Shown in pieces: positions 38,801 through 42,078 of a stretch of DNA of 42,078 bases. The notes beneath the pieces are model-generated. The model was given only the letters and a program-made list of their open reading frames with translations. It did no database searches and had not been told where the DNA came from. Positions within the stretch are counted from its first letter, which is position 1. Each line of letters begins with the position of its first letter. The stretch spans positions 1 to 42,078 of the forward strand of contig JAQBRL010000022.1 in the NCBI GenBank assembly GCA_028286525.1, given 5' to 3'. The DNA comes from Parcubacteria group bacterium (lineage in GTDB: Bacteria > Patescibacteriota > Minisyncoccia > Phycocordibacterales > Phycocordibacteraceae). Position numbers and translations under genes: made by a program.

Positions 38801-39003
38801 TCCACGCCGAGGACCGGTTTGATGCCGGCTTTCTCCGCTGCCTTATAGAACTCCACGGCAGCGTGCATGTTGCCTGCGTCGGTGATGCCGAGCGCGGGCA
38901 TGTCGGCCGCCTTGGCGGCCTTTACGAGCGCGGGAACCTTGGGGAGCGCCTGGAGGAAGGAGTAGTGGCTGTGCGTATGGAGGTGTACGAATTTGCTCGC
39001 CAT
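35833..39003 (-). CDS. dnaE: DNA polymerase III alpha subunit
   Basis: PHP HLHTHS, RGSVAGS, FERFLNPER..PDIDMDF, HAAGVVI, LLKFDFLG, C-terminal OB fold. Confidence 0.97.
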   Translation of the reverse strand: MASKFVHLHTHSHYSFLQALPKVPALVKAAKAADMPALGITDAGNMHAAVEFYKAAEKAGIKPVLGVDAYVAQRSRYDKNPGDENKRSRLVLLAENNEGYQNLMVLVTKAFTEGLFDRPRMDKELLRQHHAGLIAIIPSFAGEVAQYLKAGDKKGAAAALAEYVSIFGKENVFLEITHHPKVNKHMERMADIRDLSKSSGVPLLAQHDVYYLKPSDREATEVMRRIAHGSEGHNEEEDFSFVKEEQMREWFKDIPDAVDRSGEIAERCNVTLTLGGWNFPALAPEPGKTYEQTLREKTYNGLSMRAMERTPEVEKRIEYELEIINAKGFAPYFLVVADLLDYAHANGILTTIRGSVAGSLVTYLSGITNVDPLFYKLPFERFLNPERPSAPDIDMDFADNRRDEMIAYAKRKYGDDKVAQIGTFGTLMARAAVRDVARALGHAYRMGDQIAKLIPLGSQGFPMTIERALELEPELKALYNEDDDARQIIDLARQIEGCVRHTGVHAAGVVISPTPLTDFTPLQVDTKTGKLITQYDMHAVEDAGLLKFDFLGIKNLAILSDAIERVQETRGMFIDIENIPIDDAKTFAMLARGETEGTFQLNGSGMTRYLKELQPTSIHDINAMVALYRPGPMESIPQYIERKKNPKLLRYMDPRMEEYLGASYGLLVYQDDVLLTAITLGGYTWLEADTLRKAMGKKIPAEMEAQKEKLLKGFLEYGKLSKEKGETLWKLIEPFAAYGFGKAHAACYGKVAYQTAYMKANYPVEYMAAVLTADAGDTESIATFVAECERLKILVLPPDVNESGSDFTVAGENKDTIRFGLTTIKNFGEGISEAIITERNKNGPYTDLSDFLSRIQTKSLNRKSLECLIKSGALDRFVDERGGRSLLLSHIETLLTFHKDATTEAPQDSLFGAGLFAAPALVLPASDRTTTLADKLAWEKELLGIYVSGHPLDSHPDAMSKAATTIGHIRAEPQPGLPIIIPVLIQEVRTVLTKSGEKMAFVKFEDKSSSIEGVIFPKVYKERSPFVQVGECVLIKATISNRNGELSLAIENLKAL

Positions 39004-39059
39004 TGCCTACAGGATACCAAAATTGGAACCGATTGCTCTGTGCCTGCTATCCTGGGCGT

Positions 39060-39650
39060 ATGTACATCGTCGGAGTGGATGAAGCGGGTCGCGGACCTCT
39101 TGCCGGACCGGTTGCGGTAGGGACCGTACGCGTGCTCGAAGGCTTCGATATCGTCGCTGCTTTTCCGGGACTCAACGACTCCAAGAAGCTTACGGAGAAG
39201 AAACGCGAAGCGATATTCCTCCAGCTGCAGGAAGAAATAAAAAAAGGGAACGTGAGCGCGGTCGTATATCTGGCGAGCGCAGCGAAGATCGATGCCGAAG
39301 GCATCGTGCCGTCCGTCCGCGGCGCGCTCTATAAAGGAGTGCGGAAGCTTCTGCCGAATCCCGAAGAAGGAAAAGTATTTCTGGACGGTTCCCTGAAAGC
39401 GCCTCCGGAATACGAGCAGGAGACCATCATAGGCGGCGACGGAACGGTCCCGGCCATCATGCTCGCGTCAGTCGCCGCGAAAGTGACCCGCGATCGATTG
39501 ATGAAAAAGCTCGCGCTCGAGCATCCGCTCTACGAATTCGATATACATAAAGGGTATGGAACGAAAAAGCATTACGAGCTCCTGCGCACGCATGGCCCCT
39601 GCGCGCTGCATCGGTTGACCTTCCTGCACTTAAAAATCGAGAGTGTATAA
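39060..39650 (+). CDS. rnhB: Ribonuclease HII
   Basis: GVDEAGRGPLAGPV, DSKKL, LDG, GGD, ASVAAKVTRD, HKGYGT. Confidence 0.95.
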   Translation: MYIVGVDEAGRGPLAGPVAVGTVRVLEGFDIVAAFPGLNDSKKLTEKKREAIFLQLQEEIKKGNVSAVVYLASAAKIDAEGIVPSVRGALYKGVRKLLPNPEEGKVFLDGSLKAPPEYEQETIIGGDGTVPAIMLASVAAKVTRDRLMKKLALEHPLYEFDIHKGYGTKKHYELLRTHGPCALHRLTFLHLKIESV

Positions 39651-39657
39651 AACTGTG

Positions 39658-39684
39658 AGGGCCACGCGAAGCTCGCGTGGCCCT
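39658..39684. terminator. Hairpin after rnhB
   Basis: agggccacgcga-agc-tcgcgtggccct. Confidence 0.6.
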
Positions 39685-39788
39685 GTTCGGTTGCCCAAGC
39701 AGTCCGGTGACTGCTCAAAGGCGTTTGTGTACCGCTGCTTACCCAGGTACTAGGTTATAAAGTCGAGATTCTGCTAGTTCCGAAGGAA

Positions 39789-39890
39789 CTAGCCATACTC
39801 GGTGGTGAGAGGCTTGGAGGCCGAAAATTCGAGAAGAACATCCCCTTTGTTGTCGTTGACGGAACGCTGATTCGCTTTGGCTTCTTGCAT
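39789..39890 (-). CDS. Possible 33-aa sORF inside a hairpin-rich region (MQEAKANQRSVNDNKGDVLLEFSASKPLTTEYG)
   Basis: AAGGG SD-like sequence before the ATG; stop codon at the base of a 9-bp hairpin; no homology recognised. Confidence 0.3.
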   Translation of the reverse strand: MQEAKANQRSVNDNKGDVLLEFSASKPLTTEYG

Positions 39891-40061
39891 CGTCGCCCTT
39901 TCGGAGCTTCGATAGTTGGGAGGCTTGCGCCCCATTAGGCCATACATGGCCCAGCGAACTGCTGCCGTTTTCAGGACTCGTACTGGCGGTAGCTATTCAC
40001 ACATTCCCATATTGTGGCGCTTTTACAAGGCCAGAAGGTGCTCAATTCAAGGCAGTAAAGG

Positions 40062-40176
40062 TTGTCGAAAAAGCTCCAGAGACGAGGCACGGAGAGTGAG
40101 GAGCGGAGGCGTATGCGGCTATACGACGAAGCGACGAATGAGGCTCCGTAACGAAGTATATGGACTTTTTCGGCAA
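40062..40176 (+). repeat. Structured intergenic repeat, family 1, copy D
   Basis: TIR ttgtcgaaaaag/ctttttcggcaa; core GAGGCACGG..GAGCGGAGGCGTAT-loop-ATACG..CCGTAACGAAG..ATATGGACTTTTTC, closest to copy A. Confidence 0.8.
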
Positions 40177-40198
40177 GCTCGTGTAACTTACCTTCACT

Positions 40199-40570
40199 AT
40201 GTCAGTTCGAATGCGCCACACGAGTTCGCACACCAAGAACCGCCGGAGCCACCATGCTCTGACGGGTACCAACGTCGTCGTCGACAAGGAGTCCGGCGCG
40301 CTCCGTCTTCCGCACCGCCTGGACGAATCCACCGGCATGTACCGCGGCAAGCAGATAGTCGCCAAGCGCGAAGTGAAGAAAGCGGAGCAGAAGGAGAAGG
40401 CGAAAGCCAAGGCGAAGGAGCACGACCACGAGGTGGCGACCACCAATACGAGTCCGGCTGCCGAGAAGCACATCAAGACGGAAGAGCGCGAGAAGAAAAC
40501 GCAGGGAGTGCTCGGACGCATGATCACGGGCCGCGCCAAATCCCGTTCCGGCTTTGGAGGAGGAGTGTAG
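40199..40570 (+). CDS. rpmF: 50S ribosomal protein L32 with C-terminal extension
   Basis: R..RRSHHAL, LPHR, G.YRGKQ; Cys-free. Confidence 0.85.
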   Translation: MSVRMRHTSSHTKNRRSHHALTGTNVVVDKESGALRLPHRLDESTGMYRGKQIVAKREVKKAEQKEKAKAKAKEHDHEVATTNTSPAAEKHIKTEEREKKTQGVLGRMITGRAKSRSGFGGGV

Positions 40571-40574
40571 AACT

Positions 40575-40602
40575 TGAAAAAACCGCGAAAGCGGTTTTTT
40601 CA
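40575..40602. terminator. Intrinsic terminator
   Basis: tgaaaaaaccgc-GAAA-gcggttttttca. Confidence 0.85.
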
Positions 40603-40706
40603 TTTCGACTCCACGAGCACTCACATCGGATATTCACATTGCACGCACTATAGTTACCGTGTGTTTTTCTGGGAGTGAGGTATTCTATCCATACAGCTCT
40701 TTCATT

Positions 40707-41612
40707 ATGGCCAATAGGCATTTAGCCCGTTCCGTTGTTCTCCAAACGCTCTTCGAGTGGGATACCACCAGTAGTGACGACAAAGCCGCAGTAGAAATGC
40801 TGGCGCGCAACGTCGAAGAGTTCGGAGGGGATGATACCGATAAGCCATTCATGGAAGCACTCCTTCAGGGCGTTCTCGCGAAGAAGCCCGACCTCGATCT
40901 CGTCATCGAGAAAGCGGCGCCTGACTGGCCGCTTGACCGCATCGCGCCTATCGACCGCAACATCCTGCGCATCGGCCTGTACGAGCTGCTGTTTTCCGAC
41001 CGCGCTCAAGTGCCAGCCAAGGTCGCCATCAACGAAGCAATCGAGCTCGCCAAGGTATTCGGGGGCGATTCGAGCGGACGTTTCGTCAACGGCGTGCTGG
41101 GTGCCGTCTACAAGGAGCTCGGCGAGCCCGGCAAGGACGAGGTAGGGAAGAAGGAGCGCGTGAAGCGCGAAGACCTGCCGCTCGAGAAGCTCGGCGGCGC
41201 CATCGTCTACGCGGAGCACGACGGCCAGATATACCTCGCGCTCGTGCACGACATCTTCGGCCGGTGGACCCTTTCCAAGGGCCACATCGAAGGCGACCCA
41301 TCGCCGGCACAAGGCGTGAAGCGGGTGGTGGGCGAGGAGCTCGGTCTCATGAACGTGCATGTGGAAGACCAAGTCGGCGAGAACGAGTACATCGCGAGCC
41401 ATCCCGAGAAGGGAAAGATACGCAAGCATGTGTATTTCTTCTTGGTGTCCTCACCGTTCGAGCCGCTCGTGCTCAAGAAGAGCGGGGGACTCGATGATAC
41501 GAAATGGTTCCGCCTTCCGGACATTCTCGACCTTAATTTCTATGACGACATGCTGCCTATCGTGACGGCGGCGGTACAGAAACTTTTGGATCGTTCCTCG
41601 GCGAAGCGCTGA
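40707..41612 (+). CDS. nusB: Transcription antitermination factor NusB fused to a NUDIX-fold domain
   Basis: RHLAR..LQ.LF, W..DRI..IDRNILR, VAINEAIELAK, FVNGVLG, then GGAIV..WTLSKGH..EELG. Confidence 0.9.
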   Translation: MANRHLARSVVLQTLFEWDTTSSDDKAAVEMLARNVEEFGGDDTDKPFMEALLQGVLAKKPDLDLVIEKAAPDWPLDRIAPIDRNILRIGLYELLFSDRAQVPAKVAINEAIELAKVFGGDSSGRFVNGVLGAVYKELGEPGKDEVGKKERVKREDLPLEKLGGAIVYAEHDGQIYLALVHDIFGRWTLSKGHIEGDPSPAQGVKRVVGEELGLMNVHVEDQVGENEYIASHPEKGKIRKHVYFFLVSSPFEPLVLKKSGGLDDTKWFRLPDILDLNFYDDMLPIVTAAVQKLLDRSSAKR

Positions 41613-41682
41613 CTACTTCATACAGCGTTCATGATGAATCGTGCATACATTGCATAGAGCACCTGTGAGATTCAGGTGCGTT

Positions 41683-41736
41683 TTCGCCACAGCAGAAGGC
41701 GGCTTATCTTATATAGCCCTCTTCTGCTGTGGCGAA
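41683..41736. repeat. 16-bp perfect inverted repeat
   Basis: ttcgccacagcagaag/cttctgctgtggcgaa with inner ggct/agcc; adjacent gcacctg/caggtgc hairpin. Confidence 0.6.
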
Positions 41737-41799
41737 CCCACGGCCTGCGTCTAATCCAACCCTGCATTCCGCAGGACGAGCAAACGCTTGGGGGAATCT

Positions 41800-42078
41800 A
41801 TGTCCGGCATCCTCACGACCGTCCCGAAGTCCCTACTAAGACTTGTCTCTGACCAAATCCAGCTTGATGGAGTGGAGAACTATGATCCCGACAGGTTCTA
41901 TAGGTCTCGTTCAGGCCTCTCTGTCGCCCAGGATTTCATGCCGGCCGTCCTGTGGAAAGCTCGTTCGAGCGAAACCAAAACCCTGGGCCCGATCTCGCTC
42001 AGCTCCTACGAGATCACCGAGTCCGTCAAGGACGATAATCTCATCACAAGCGCCTTCGGTGGAAACCACACCTTCGAC
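41800..42078 (+). CDS. Hypothetical protein (3' partial)
   Basis: GGGGGA SD, ATG 41800, open for 93 codons to the window end. Confidence 0.6.
   Translation, partial: MSGILTTVPKSLLRLVSDQIQLDGVENYDPDRFYRSRSGLSVAQDFMPAVLWKARSSETKTLGPISLSSYEITESVKDDNLITSAFGGNHTFD

Noticed and set aside
36436-39120. 894-aa plus-strand ORF and similar long ORFs (24435..26201, 16931..18403, 29095..30585, 31757..33310)
   Set aside because: Antisense shadows of well-supported GC3-rich genes, with no motifs
39655-40000. tmRNA, RNase P, SRP RNA or c-di-GMP riboswitch
   Set aside because: No tRNA-like ends with a T arm and CCA, no GAGGAAAGTCC, and the peptide does not end in an Ala-rich tag; GGGCGCAAGCC lacks the surrounding riboswitch architecture

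Overview
Bacterial chromosomal window using genetic code 11. It most likely comes from a Patescibacteria/CPR (Parcubacteria-like) genome; this is inferred from domain-trimmed PheS/PheT/ThrS/EF-Ts/RF1, a tkt-pfkB-class I aldolase cluster, a NusB-NUDIX fusion, scarce Shine-Dalgarno sites and many surface proteins. Housekeeping genes (rplY, rpmE2, prfA, rpsB, tsf, tRNA-Thr, pheST, gyrB, thrS, dnaE, rnhB, rpmF, nusB) alternate with three accessory blocks. Block 1 is a tandemly duplicated two-gene module of a membrane-anchored beta-rich protein plus a Cys-rich secreted protein with a shared C-terminal motif. Block 2 is a cluster of three histidine phosphatases, FolB, an NMP kinase and two PNK-like kinases. 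Block 3 is a sortase locus whose LPYTG-bearing Ig-repeat substrate keeps a ~210-aa cytoplasmic tail ending in a domain that, by eye, resembles the DnaX (gamma/tau) collar domain. This third block is the best candidate for an undescribed system. Intergenic DNA holds a four-copy ~115-bp structured repeat family with compensatory changes, a second hairpin-CTCGGCTC family, an insertion-disrupted tRNA-Thr copy and a hairpin-rich candidate ncRNA with an internal sORF. All calls are by eye from motifs; no database searches were run.
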